Position numbers and translations under genes: made by a program. From positions 23,664-47,663 of the forward strand of contig JAEZUC010000079.1 of the NCBI GenBank assembly GCA_023443515.1: a DNA stretch of 24,000 bases. Direction: 5' to 3'. Below the pieces are notes generated by a model. The model had not been told where the DNA came from. It ran no database searches and saw only the letters and a program-made list of their open reading frames with translations. This stretch comes from Bacillota bacterium. Its GTDB lineage: Bacteria; Bacillota; Clostridia; Acetivibrionales; DSM-1351. Position 1 is the first letter of the stretch, and every line of letters begins with the position of its first letter. This document shows, in pieces, positions 1-7,557 of the stretch.

Positions 1-1
1 A

Positions 2-319
2 CTAAATACATATGAGTACGACGGTGTAATAAACTCAAAACCCGGTGCATCAAAATACCATGCAGGTAACTACGGTGTTGTTTATAATATAAAAATAAAC
101 CATGCGGCAAATAAAAGGATTATAATAAGTCCCAAATGGACACAGGACAGACCATATGCAACCATTGTTTACAGTGTAAATAATGGCCCGTGGATTGTGG
201 GTGAAAAGATTACAACGGGAATGTTCTGGATAGAAGAGCTTGGGGACAGCCAGACTGCAAATGTCAGGTTTATGCTTCCGGGAGGCAACTGTGGAAGCTA
301 TTTTGTCTCATTTGAATAA
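2..319 (+). CDS. 3' end of a CDS that starts upstream of the window; hypothetical protein (C-terminus ...MLPGGNCGSYFVSFE*)
   Basis: Frame 2 is open from position 2 to a TAA at 317-319. It has no start codon in the window, so it is missing from the ORF track. I recognised no family motif. Confidence 0.5.
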   Translation, partial: LNTYEYDGVINSKPGASKYHAGNYGVVYNIKINHAANKRIIISPKWTQDRPYATIVYSVNNGPWIVGEKITTGMFWIEELGDSQTANVRFMLPGGNCGSYFVSFE

Positions 320-359
320 GTTAAGGCGAAATTGATTAGTACCAAGTAATAATATCTAG

Positions 360-388
360 TTTTAAACCGAATCATATTGTGCTATAAT
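360..388 (+). promoter_or_regulatory. Putative sigmaA-type promoter for fabV (extended -10)
   Basis: TGcTATAAT at 380-388, with a weak -35 (TTTTAA/TTTAAA at 360-366) at 16-17 bp spacing. It lies ~80 bp upstream of the fabV start. Confidence 0.4.
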
Positions 389-465
389 ATACAGTGGAAA
401 ACAAAAAATAGTATGTTAAGCATTAATTGGCTTATTATATAAAGCTCAAATTCAAGGAGGATTTT

Positions 466-1653
466 ATGATAGTTTCGCCTAAATTCAGAGGATTTATTTG
501 CACAACATCTCATCCGGCAGGCTGTGAATATAGTGTCAGTAAACAGATTGAGTATGTTAAAAATCAAAAAAGAGTAGATGGTGCTAAAAAAGTACTGGTT
601 ATTGGTGCTTCAACAGGGTACGGACTGGCATCAAGGATAACAGCTGCATTTGGTTGCGGAGCTGCTACAATCGGTATATTCTTTGAAAGGCCTGCAGCTA
701 AAAATAAAACAGCCTCTGCAGGATGGTACAATTCGGCGGCTTTTGAGAAAATGGCAAAAGAAGAAGGCCTGTATGCAAAAAGTATAAACGGTGATGCCTT
801 TTCAAATGAAATCAAACAGAAAACTATTGATTTAATAAAAAAAGACCTTGGTAAGATAGACATGGTAGTTTACAGTCTGGCTTCTCCAAGAAGGACACAC
901 CCTGTATCCGGTGATGTGTTCAATTCAGTTATAAAGCCTATTGGTAAAACTTATACATCAAAAACGGTAGATTTCCATACCCAGCTTGTTTCTGAAACTA
1001 CCATTGAACCGGCCAATGATGATGAAATCAAACAGACTATTGCAGTAATGGGCGGTGAAGACTGGGCAATGTGGATGGATGCCCTGAAAAATGCCGATGT
1101 TCTTGAGGAAAATGTAATTACACTGGCATATTCCTATGTAGGCCCTGAAATGACTCATTCTGTTTACAGAGAGGGAACTATCGGAAAAGCCAAGGATGAC
1201 CTTGAGGCTACTGTGGCAAAAATTGACGAGAGTCTTAAGGGTATTGGCGGAAAAGCTTATGTCTCCATTAATAAAGCTGTTGTAACACAAGCCAGTGCAG
1301 CTATACCTGTTATATCTCTTTATGTCAGTGCCTTATTTAAAGTAATGAAAGAAAAAAATATCCATGAGGGATGTATTGAACAAATGTACAGAATGTTCAG
1401 CGACAGGATATATTCAGGAGATTTGAAACTGGACAGCAAGGGCAGAATCTGTATGGATGATCTGGAAATGCTACCTGAGATTCAGGCTGAAGTAACAAAA
1501 CTCTGGAACCAAGCCAATAACGAAAATGTGAAAGACATTACTGATATTGAAGGCTACAGAAAAGAGTTTTTCAGACTTTTTGGTTTTGAATTTGAAGGTG
1601 TTGACTATAACGCTGATGTTAATATAGAAGTAAGTATTGATGGAATAAATTAA
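466..1653 (+). CDS. fabV: Trans-2-enoyl-CoA/ACP reductase (NADH), FabV/Ter family
   Basis: The N-terminus MIVSPKFRGFICTTSHPAGC...QIEYVK and the Rossmann segment VLVIGASTGYGLASRI are characteristic of FabV/Ter. Length is ~395 aa. AAGGAGG at 454-460 lies 5 nt before ATG 466, so the TTG at 427 in the ORF track is an over-extension. Confidence 0.9.
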   Translation: MIVSPKFRGFICTTSHPAGCEYSVSKQIEYVKNQKRVDGAKKVLVIGASTGYGLASRITAAFGCGAATIGIFFERPAAKNKTASAGWYNSAAFEKMAKEEGLYAKSINGDAFSNEIKQKTIDLIKKDLGKIDMVVYSLASPRRTHPVSGDVFNSVIKPIGKTYTSKTVDFHTQLVSETTIEPANDDEIKQTIAVMGGEDWAMWMDALKNADVLEENVITLAYSYVGPEMTHSVYREGTIGKAKDDLEATVAKIDESLKGIGGKAYVSINKAVVTQASAAIPVISLYVSALFKVMKEKNIHEGCIEQMYRMFSDRIYSGDLKLDSKGRICMDDLEMLPEIQAEVTKLWNQANNENVKDITDIEGYRKEFFRLFGFEFEGVDYNADVNIEVSIDGIN

Positions 1654-1663
1654 ACTTACTGTT

Positions 1664-1724
1664 AAAAGCATAAACCCGGTGAAATTCTGCATAGTGGAGT
1701 TGTTTTGGGTTTATGCTTTTTTTA
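1664..1724 (+). terminator. Rho-independent terminator after fabV
   Basis: AAAAGCATAAACCC (1664-1677) pairs with GGGTTTATGCTTTT (1707-1720), followed by a T-run. The loop is long. Confidence 0.7.
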
Positions 1725-1875
1725 TTGTTCTGAAAATTATTATATAAAATAGTAAATTATTCTATAAAACATTGGTATAGTGATATATAATAAAATAAAC
1801 AATCACAATACACATTTTCGTTGCAATAACTAACGGACTATAAAGGGGCAGCTTAAAATATTAATGGAGGTGTTT

Positions 1876-4164
1876 ATGTTTTTTAAAAGAAAAAAAGGCA
1901 TAAAACCTGGGCAATATAAAACGCTGGTTAACATAATTAATAATAACAACTATAAAAGCCTTTCGGATAATGAACTTCAACAATTAATTAATAATTATAA
2001 AAAACGCTTAGATAATTTTATCATCCGTGACAGTCAACAATTTGTTAATGAATATATGACAGATTGTTTTGCAATAACAAAAGAGATAAGCAGGCGTGTA
2101 TTAAATCTTGAACCATATGATTCGCAACTTCTGACAGGTATTGCATTATACTTAGGAAAAATTGCAGAATTGCCCACAGGAGAGGGAAAAACATTAGCAG
2201 CTGTTTTTCCGGCAGTATTAAACGCACTCTCCGGCAAAGGTGTTCACATTTTTACCTTTAACGATTACCTTGCAAAAAGAGACGCGGAATGGATGAAGGG
2301 GATATATGAATTCTGGGGATTAAAAGCGTCATATATTCAGGAAAATATGGACAGGCCTCAAAGAAGAAGGGCATATTTGGCTGATATAACTTATGTTACG
2401 CCAAAAGAAGCTGGTTTTGATTATCTAAGGGATTCTATAGTCTATGATAAAAATGAAATTGTACATAGGCCATTCAACTCTGTAATTGTTGACGAGGCAG
2501 ACGCAATTCTTATTGATGAAGCCAGGACACCTCTGGTCATAGCAGGAAGTATGGGCTTGCAGCAAAAAATTGACAACCGTCTGGTAGAACTGGTGGGATT
2601 ACTGAGACGGAATATTGATTATGCAATTGATGAGAGCAGCAGAAATGTTTATCTGACCGAAGCCGGCAGTTCTGTAGTTGAAAATTATCTTGACTGTGGG
2701 AACCTGTATAATCCCAAAAATGTAGAAACGCTTACACATATAAATAATATGCTTCATGCTAAAGTCCTTTTAAAACGGGATATTCATTATATTATTAAAG
2801 ATGGGCGTATCGAAATCATAGATGAATTTACAGGAAGGATTGCAGACAGACGAAAGTGGGATTATGGACTTCAGATGGCTCTTGAAGCTGTTGAAGGAAT
2901 AGACTCCATACCAAGTAATAAAATACTTGGAAAAATAACAATTCAGAATTTTATAAGCTTGTATCCGCATATGTCAGGAATGACGGCAACGGCAAAGTCG
3001 TCTGAGGAAGAATTCCTAAGTACATATGAACATGATGTCTATGTTGTCCAGCCAAATAAAAAATGTATTCGTGTTGATTTCGATGATTTTGTTTACACAC
3101 ATAAAGAAGCAAAATACAATGCCATAGTTAATGAGGTTCGCGCTTCGCATAACCAAGGACGGCCTGTATTGATAGGTACTTCAAGCATTAAGGAATCTGA
3201 GATGTTGGCAGGTATGCTGAAACAGCAAGAAATAGTATGTGTGGTATTAAATGCAAAAAACGATGCAGAAGAAGCAAAAATCATTGCGCTGGCGGGAAAA
3301 CTCGGGGCCGTTACTGTGTCTACCAATATGGCAGGACGTGGAGTTGACATAAAACTAGGTGGAGAAAATTGCCCTGAAGATACAGAAAAGGTGTTGGAAT
3401 TGGGTGGACTTTATGTCATCGGAACCAACAGAAACGAATGCGTGAGAATTGACAACCAGTTGAGGGGCAGGGCTGGAAGGCAGGGTGACCCCGGCTCTTC
3501 ACGCTTTTTTATAAGTTTGGAAGATGATTTATTGGTGCAGTTTGGTATAGGAAAGGTTATACCAACCAAATATTATGGCATAAGGCAGGCCGAAAAGGTT
3601 GATGACAGCAAACTTTTAGCATTGATATGCCATATACAGAGAGTAGTCAACGGTCAGAACTTTGAGATAAGAAAAACACTGGGCAAATACTCGTATCTCC
3701 TTGAATGGCAGAGAAGAACATTTTTCAAAAACAGGTTTGAAGTTTTGTCCTGTAATACTCCGGGGATTTTGTCCGTAGAGAAAAAGGAGTTATACAAAGA
3801 ACTGTGCGATAAGTATGGAAAAGAAAGAGTTGATGAAATTCAGAGAAAAGTATCCCTTAATTGCATGGACGAATTCTGGTATGATTTTCTTGAATATTGT
3901 GAAAATATTAAGGAAGGAATAAATCTGGTTTCGGCAGGAAGAAAAGATCCTGTGGACGAGTTTAACAGACTTAGTATCAATAAATTTGAACAGCTGCATG
4001 AGGAAATCAATGAAAAAATATTGAATACCCTCCAAGACATAGATTTTTCCATGGATGACTGCCAGTTGGCAGATAATGGATTTCAAACACCTTCAGCTAC
4101 CTGGACCTATATAATTAACGACAGCATAAAAGTTAAAAATTTTACACTATTCAGCAGATTATAA
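1876..4164 (+). CDS. secA2: SecA-family preprotein translocase ATPase; short (~762 aa) SecA2-like paralog lacking the C-terminal zinc-binding tail
   Basis: Motifs seen: Walker A PTGEGKTLAAV; DEAD-like VDEADAILIDEARTPLVIAG; MTATAKSSEEEF; LNAKN...EA.IIA.AG; VTVSTNMAGRGVDIKLGG; RIDNQLRGRAGRQGDPG. GGAGG at 1866-1870 favours ATG 1876 over ATG 1864. There is no Cys-rich C-terminus. Confidence 0.85.
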   Translation: MFFKRKKGIKPGQYKTLVNIINNNNYKSLSDNELQQLINNYKKRLDNFIIRDSQQFVNEYMTDCFAITKEISRRVLNLEPYDSQLLTGIALYLGKIAELPTGEGKTLAAVFPAVLNALSGKGVHIFTFNDYLAKRDAEWMKGIYEFWGLKASYIQENMDRPQRRRAYLADITYVTPKEAGFDYLRDSIVYDKNEIVHRPFNSVIVDEADAILIDEARTPLVIAGSMGLQQKIDNRLVELVGLLRRNIDYAIDESSRNVYLTEAGSSVVENYLDCGNLYNPKNVETLTHINNMLHAKVLLKRDIHYIIKDGRIEIIDEFTGRIADRRKWDYGLQMALEAVEGIDSIPSNKILGKITIQNFISLYPHMSGMTATAKSSEEEFLSTYEHDVYVVQPNKKCIRVDFDDFVYTHKEAKYNAIVNEVRASHNQGRPVLIGTSSIKESEMLAGMLKQQEIVCVVLNAKNDAEEAKIIALAGKLGAVTVSTNMAGRGVDIKLGGENCPEDTEKVLELGGLYVIGTNRNECVRIDNQLRGRAGRQGDPGSSRFFISLEDDLLVQFGIGKVIPTKYYGIRQAEKVDDSKLLALICHIQRVVNGQNFEIRKTLGKYSYLLEWQRRTFFKNRFEVLSCNTPGILSVEKKELYKELCDKYGKERVDEIQRKVSLNCMDEFWYDFLEYCENIKEGINLVSAGRKDPVDEFNRLSINKFEQLHEEINEKILNTLQDIDFSMDDCQLADNGFQTPSATWTYIINDSIKVKNFTLFSRL

Positions 4165-4256
4165 TTTAATGGTTATGTGACATAACAAAAAATATTCAGT
4201 ATATCAGTAAATTATGGTACAATTATACATAATATCTTTTTTTTGCAGGTGATTGG

Positions 4257-4961
4257 ATGATACGGATTTCCCTTTGCGATGATGAAAACCAAATTACTGG
4301 AACATTAGCCGCCAACCTAAAAGGCATAAGGCCTGATATAGAAGTACTTTCCTATGATAGCGGAGAGAACTTGCTCGAAAGTAAATATCTGTATAACGAT
4401 ATAGTATTACTGGACATTGAGATGAACGGAATAAACGGTATTGAAACGGCCATTGAGCTTCGCAAAGGCGGCTATGAAGGAATGATTATATTTCTAACAT
4501 CTCACAAGGAAATGGTTTTTGATTCTTTTCGGGTCAAGCCGTACAACTATATTGTTAAGCCCATTGATATAAATAAAGTTAACAATATACTCAACAATGC
4601 CATAAATGAAATTATAGACAGGAAAACTACCCATTTCGAAGCCGTGTGCAACAATCGTACTTTCAGAATACAGCTAGAAGACATTTATTACTTTGAGTGT
4701 AACGGTAGAAAAGTTGATATTTATTCAAAAAACGGGACAATTACTATTTTGGGAAAAATGAATCAAATAGAAGCCTCTCTCAGAAATAAGCAGTTTTTCA
4801 GGTGCCATAAGGGTTATCTTGTAAATCTAGAGCACGTTTGCGAATTTTCAAATAATGAGATTATTTTGACCAATAACCAGAAGGTTTTAATCAGCAGACT
4901 AAAAATTAATTTATTCAAGGAGGCTTTTAAGGCGTTTATGAAAGGAAATATAAAATGCTAG
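4257..4961 (+). CDS. LytTR-family (AgrA/ComE/PlnC-like) response regulator
   Basis: N-terminal receiver (ISLCDDE...VLLDIEMNGINGIE...IIFLTSH) and a C-terminal LytTR-type DNA-binding region (IYYFE...RCHKGYLVNL). The stop overlaps the start of the downstream kinase. Confidence 0.88.
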   Translation: MIRISLCDDENQITGTLAANLKGIRPDIEVLSYDSGENLLESKYLYNDIVLLDIEMNGINGIETAIELRKGGYEGMIIFLTSHKEMVFDSFRVKPYNYIVKPIDINKVNNILNNAINEIIDRKTTHFEAVCNNRTFRIQLEDIYYFECNGRKVDIYSKNGTITILGKMNQIEASLRNKQFFRCHKGYLVNLEHVCEFSNNEIILTNNQKVLISRLKINLFKEAFKAFMKGNIKC

Positions 4962-6283
4962 TGATTTTGGCAAACAGCCTAATTGATTTAATTTCAAGTA
5001 TATTTGAAATACTGATTTTTGTTTTTATGATTTCAATATTTTTAGACTTTACCGAAAGAGCCAATAAAAACGTAATACTATATTTTGTTATATACGGATT
5101 GCTTAAAGTTGTCAAAATTATTTTTCCTATTGTATTTTTAGTTGACTTTATCACTTCTGTATTTGTACTGATTTTTGTTTTTATTGCTTTCAAAGGGAAC
5201 ATTGCACACAAATTATTTGCATTTTCTACAGCGGTTTGTCTTAACTATGTTGTTGATATTTTTATTATCTCCTTTACAAACATGGGATTTAATTATAATT
5301 TGTTTTTCAGCACATTATCCGGAGGAGTAAGGGGTATATGGGTTACCATAATCAAAATTATACTGGTTATTCTTGTATACATACTACTGAAGAACTTTGC
5401 CACTACCACAACATTAAAAATAAATATACTTTCATCTGTTCAGACCTTAATTCTCATCATGCTTCCTGCCTTCAGCTTTGCTACAATCACAATTCTTGAC
5501 TGGGGAGTAAGGAATTTTGTAGATGTACCTGTAAATACTTCAGCATTCCTGCTTATAGCATCCTTATGCACAATAATATATAACGTAATAGTAATGATTT
5601 TAATTGATAAGATGATTCTTAATAAAAAATATAAACATCTCAATGAAATGTCAGAAGCTCAGCTTAGAACACAGTTCAATCATTACGAACAGATAATGAG
5701 TAAAAACCAGGAAACCAGGAAGCTAAAACATGATATGAAAAATCATCTTAGATTAATTAGAACCTTGATAGAAAATAATGACATAGATGAAGCAAAGGAG
5801 CTCCTTGACGAGATTGAGGATACTATGCGCGGACTTGACCTTGAAATAAGCAGCGGTAATAGTATCACAGATGCAATATTAAACGAAAAGAACAAGATGG
5901 CACATAATCTGGGAATAAAATTTGAGTTTTCCGGGATATTGCCAAGGGAGAACTTTATAAATCCCTTTGATATCAGTACAATTTTTTCAAATGCTTTGGA
6001 TAATGCTATAGAAGCAGCTGTGAAGTCCGATGACTCTGAGAGGTTTATCAGGGTTTTCACATACATTCAGGGCAAATGCCTGTTTATTTTAATTGAAAAT
6101 TCAGTTGAAAAGGATATTAAAATTACAGGAAAAGAGATTGAGTCTACAAAACAAAACAAGGAACATCACGGCTTTGGCCTCAAAAATATTAATGACAGCG
6201 TGGAAAAGTACGGAGGCGGACTGAGTATTATTTGTGAAAATAAAGTATTCAAACTGGAAATATTACTTAATATAAAAATATAA
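4955..6283 (+). CDS. AgrC-like (HPK10-type) polytopic sensor histidine kinase with GHKL ATPase domain
   Basis: About 6-7 hydrophobic helices in the first ~220 aa. H-box KLKHDMKNHL, N-box FSNALDNAIEA, G-box HGFGLKNI. A 7-nt overlap with the RR gene suggests translational coupling. Confidence 0.85.
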   Translation: MLVILANSLIDLISSIFEILIFVFMISIFLDFTERANKNVILYFVIYGLLKVVKIIFPIVFLVDFITSVFVLIFVFIAFKGNIAHKLFAFSTAVCLNYVVDIFIISFTNMGFNYNLFFSTLSGGVRGIWVTIIKIILVILVYILLKNFATTTTLKINILSSVQTLILIMLPAFSFATITILDWGVRNFVDVPVNTSAFLLIASLCTIIYNVIVMILIDKMILNKKYKHLNEMSEAQLRTQFNHYEQIMSKNQETRKLKHDMKNHLRLIRTLIENNDIDEAKELLDEIEDTMRGLDLEISSGNSITDAILNEKNKMAHNLGIKFEFSGILPRENFINPFDISTIFSNALDNAIEAAVKSDDSERFIRVFTYIQGKCLFILIENSVEKDIKITGKEIESTKQNKEHHGFGLKNINDSVEKYGGGLSIICENKVFKLEILLNIKI

Positions 6284-6289
6284 AACATG

Positions 6290-6351
6290 CATTTTGTGAC
6301 ATTATAGAGACATGTTATGTAAAAAATATTGAATATAACTGTAAATATAAT
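6290..6351 (+). promoter_or_regulatory. Putative LytTR-dependent promoter of the pheromone gene: two 9-bp direct repeats 21 bp apart, plus a -10 box
   Basis: CATTTTGTG (6290-6298) and CATGTTATG (6311-6319) match at 7/9 with a 21-bp period. TATAAT is at 6346-6351, and the -35 (AAAATA at 6323-6328) is poor, as expected for an activator-dependent promoter. Confidence 0.4.
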
Positions 6352-6399
6352 AAACTGTATTTGGTTGAAGTTATGACATTGCCAAATACAGTTTTTTTT
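6352..6399 (+). terminator. Rho-independent terminator/attenuator between the kinase gene and the peptide gene
   Basis: Perfect 13-bp inverted repeat AAACTGTATTTGG (6352-6364) / CCAAATACAGTTT (6382-6394) with a 17-nt loop, followed by a T-run through 6399. It abuts the AGGAGG of the next gene. Confidence 0.6.
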
Positions 6400-6412
6400 A
6401 AGGAGGATTTTT

Positions 6413-6568
6413 ATGAGTAAGAAAAACGTTTGTATGGATATTAAGGCAGATCAATTTGTAGATTTAAATAATGAAGAGGCTATGCAGATAGATGGTGGGA
6501 TTGATTCGCCAAGGCAATGCGTTAATACTATTATTATAGGTATAATTAAGATTATAAATTATTTTTAA
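6413..6568 (+). CDS. Double-glycine-leader peptide precursor (51 aa); candidate secreted peptide pheromone or small class II bacteriocin
   Basis: Not in the ORF track (too short). AGGAGG at 6401-6406 lies 6 nt before ATG 6413. Translation: MSKKNVCMDIKADQFVDLNNEEAMQIDGG|IDSPRQCVNTIIIGIIKIINYF. The leader fits the GG-leader pattern (L-x-x-E-E-x-x-x-I-x-GG). The predicted mature peptide of 22 aa starts at nt 6500. Confidence 0.75.
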   Translation: MSKKNVCMDIKADQFVDLNNEEAMQIDGGIDSPRQCVNTIIIGIIKIINYF

Positions 6569-6596
6569 AGGCTATCAATTTTTGTAAGAATAGAAG

Positions 6597-6872
6597 GTGG
6601 AATTAATTGTAAGTTTGTCTTTTTTAAATAGCGAACCGGATTGTATGGATAAAGCCCGTACTTCGTTTATTTTGGGTATAGTTGATACCGTGGCTTGGCT
6701 ATTGCCTATTATAGGGATTCCGGTTTCAATTGTAGGACTGATATTAGGGATACTTGGTATAAAATCAACTAAAAGATGGATGGCAGTTGTAGGTATTATG
6801 CTTTCTAGTATTTTTCTTGTTGCGGCAATAATCAACGTAATAATAGGAGCATTAAACCAACTTGGTAAATAA
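6597..6872 (+). CDS. Small two-TM membrane protein (DUF4190-like pattern); candidate immunity/accessory protein
   Basis: Two hydrophobic helices (FILGIVDTVAWLLPIIGIPVSIVGLILGILGI and WMAVVGIMLSSIFLVAAIINVIIGAL). The start is ambiguous: GTG 6597 sits too close to GAAGG, and TTG 6615 or ATG 6645 are alternatives. Confidence 0.6.
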   Translation: MELIVSLSFLNSEPDCMDKARTSFILGIVDTVAWLLPIIGIPVSIVGLILGILGIKSTKRWMAVVGIMLSSIFLVAAIINVIIGALNQLGK

Positions 6873-6902
6873 GGTGTTTTATAAGCTCAAAGGAGAATTT
6901 AA

Positions 6903-7301
6903 ATGGCACTATCAGCAGTAGAAAAGGACTATCGATTGAGAAATGTCCTTACTTTAAGAAAAAAAATGACAAGCCGAGAAGTCATATTGGAGATTTTGAA
7001 GTTAAAAAAATTTCTTAAAGACAACGGGCTAAAAAAGAATGGATTCATAACAACGGTAACATTTTCAATAGAGATGCAAGACGGAGTACCTTTAATAGAT
7101 ATGGAAATACTTGTTCCGTTACCAAAAAGAGTAACCATAACGAATGAATATATTTTTAAACCTATTTTTCATGTGGTTAATGCGGTATGTATTTCAAAAG
7201 AAAGTGATAAGGAAACAAGCAGAATACATAATTTATTGTGTTGGAATATCTACGACAAAATAATGGGAAGCAAACAGCAAAAGGATTTTCTTCTAGCTTG
7301 A
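6903..7301 (+). CDS. Truncated/degenerate paralog of the GyrI-like (SbmC-fold-like) protein at 10714-11184
   Basis: AGGAG at 6891-6895. It aligns with the 156-aa paralog through ...EYIFKPIFHVVNAV, then diverges. It has an internal deletion and stops right after a shared KDFL motif, so the final beta-strands (MVIDVYIGV) are missing. It may be a decaying duplicate. Confidence 0.6.
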   Translation: MALSAVEKDYRLRNVLTLRKKMTSREVILEILKLKKFLKDNGLKKNGFITTVTFSIEMQDGVPLIDMEILVPLPKRVTITNEYIFKPIFHVVNAVCISKESDKETSRIHNLLCWNIYDKIMGSKQQKDFLLA

Positions 7302-7338
7302 TATATATAGTACTTTTTAATTTTATTAGCTTTTCCGA

Positions 7339-7358
7339 AATATCGGTTTACCGATATT
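7339..7358. repeat. 20-bp palindrome AATATCGGTttACCGATATT
   Basis: Perfect 9-bp arms (7339-7347 and 7350-7358) with a 2-nt spacer. The spacer is too short for a good hairpin loop, so this looks more like a dimeric regulator site. Confidence 0.35.
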
Positions 7359-7392
7359 CATTTCTATTTACAATTTATATGTAATCTTTGAA

Positions 7393-7440
7393 AAGGCGTT
7401 CAAGCTTCTAATAGTAGAAGCTGAATGCCTTTCATCTTTC
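7393..7440 (+). terminator. Rho-independent terminator ending the peptide / TM-protein / GyrI-like unit
   Basis: AAGGCGTTCAAGCTTCTA (7393-7410) pairs with TAGAAGCTGAATGCCTT (7415-7431), with one bulge, then a T-rich tail. Confidence 0.65.
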
Positions 7441-7493
7441 TATCTCTGTAAAGAACAAAGAAGTAGAAGATAGAGAATCAATATAACAGTATA

Positions 7494-7521
7494 TTTACAA
7501 ATTATGATATAAATGTATAAT
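7494..7521 (+). promoter_or_regulatory. Putative sigmaA promoter of the hydrolase-HK-RR operon
   Basis: TTTACA (7494-7499), 16 bp spacer, TATAAT (7516-7521). It lies ~37 bp upstream of the TTG start at 7558. Confidence 0.5.
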
Positions 7522-7557
7522 ATATTTAGATTTTAATATTTTTAAGGTGATGCTATA

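Noticed and set aside
427-465. N-terminal extensions in the ORF track: 427 (fabV), 1864 (secA2), 9854 (RR), 11564 (peptide 2), 11927 (TM protein), 20403 (gpmI), 18201 (pentapeptide, minus) and 23822 (XRE, minus).
   Set aside because: In each case an internal ATG is preceded by a good GGAGG-like RBS at 5-8 nt and restores the canonical family N-terminus. The extensions run through upstream genes, hairpins or promoters.
564-1290. Minus-strand ORFs inside fabV (564-863, 958-1290) and similar antisense ORFs inside secA2, the kinases, the ABC transporter and HlyD.
   Set aside because: All are embedded antisense in genes with strong family motifs. They lack RBSs and have compositionally odd translations.
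6959-6966. 8-A homopolymer tracts in both GyrI-like genes (6959-6966 and 10764-10771) as possible slipped-strand phase-variation sites.
   Set aside because: Both tracts are in frame and encode the same conserved RKKM motif. In this AT-rich, Lys-rich coding context such runs are expected. The truncation of the first paralog lies elsewhere.
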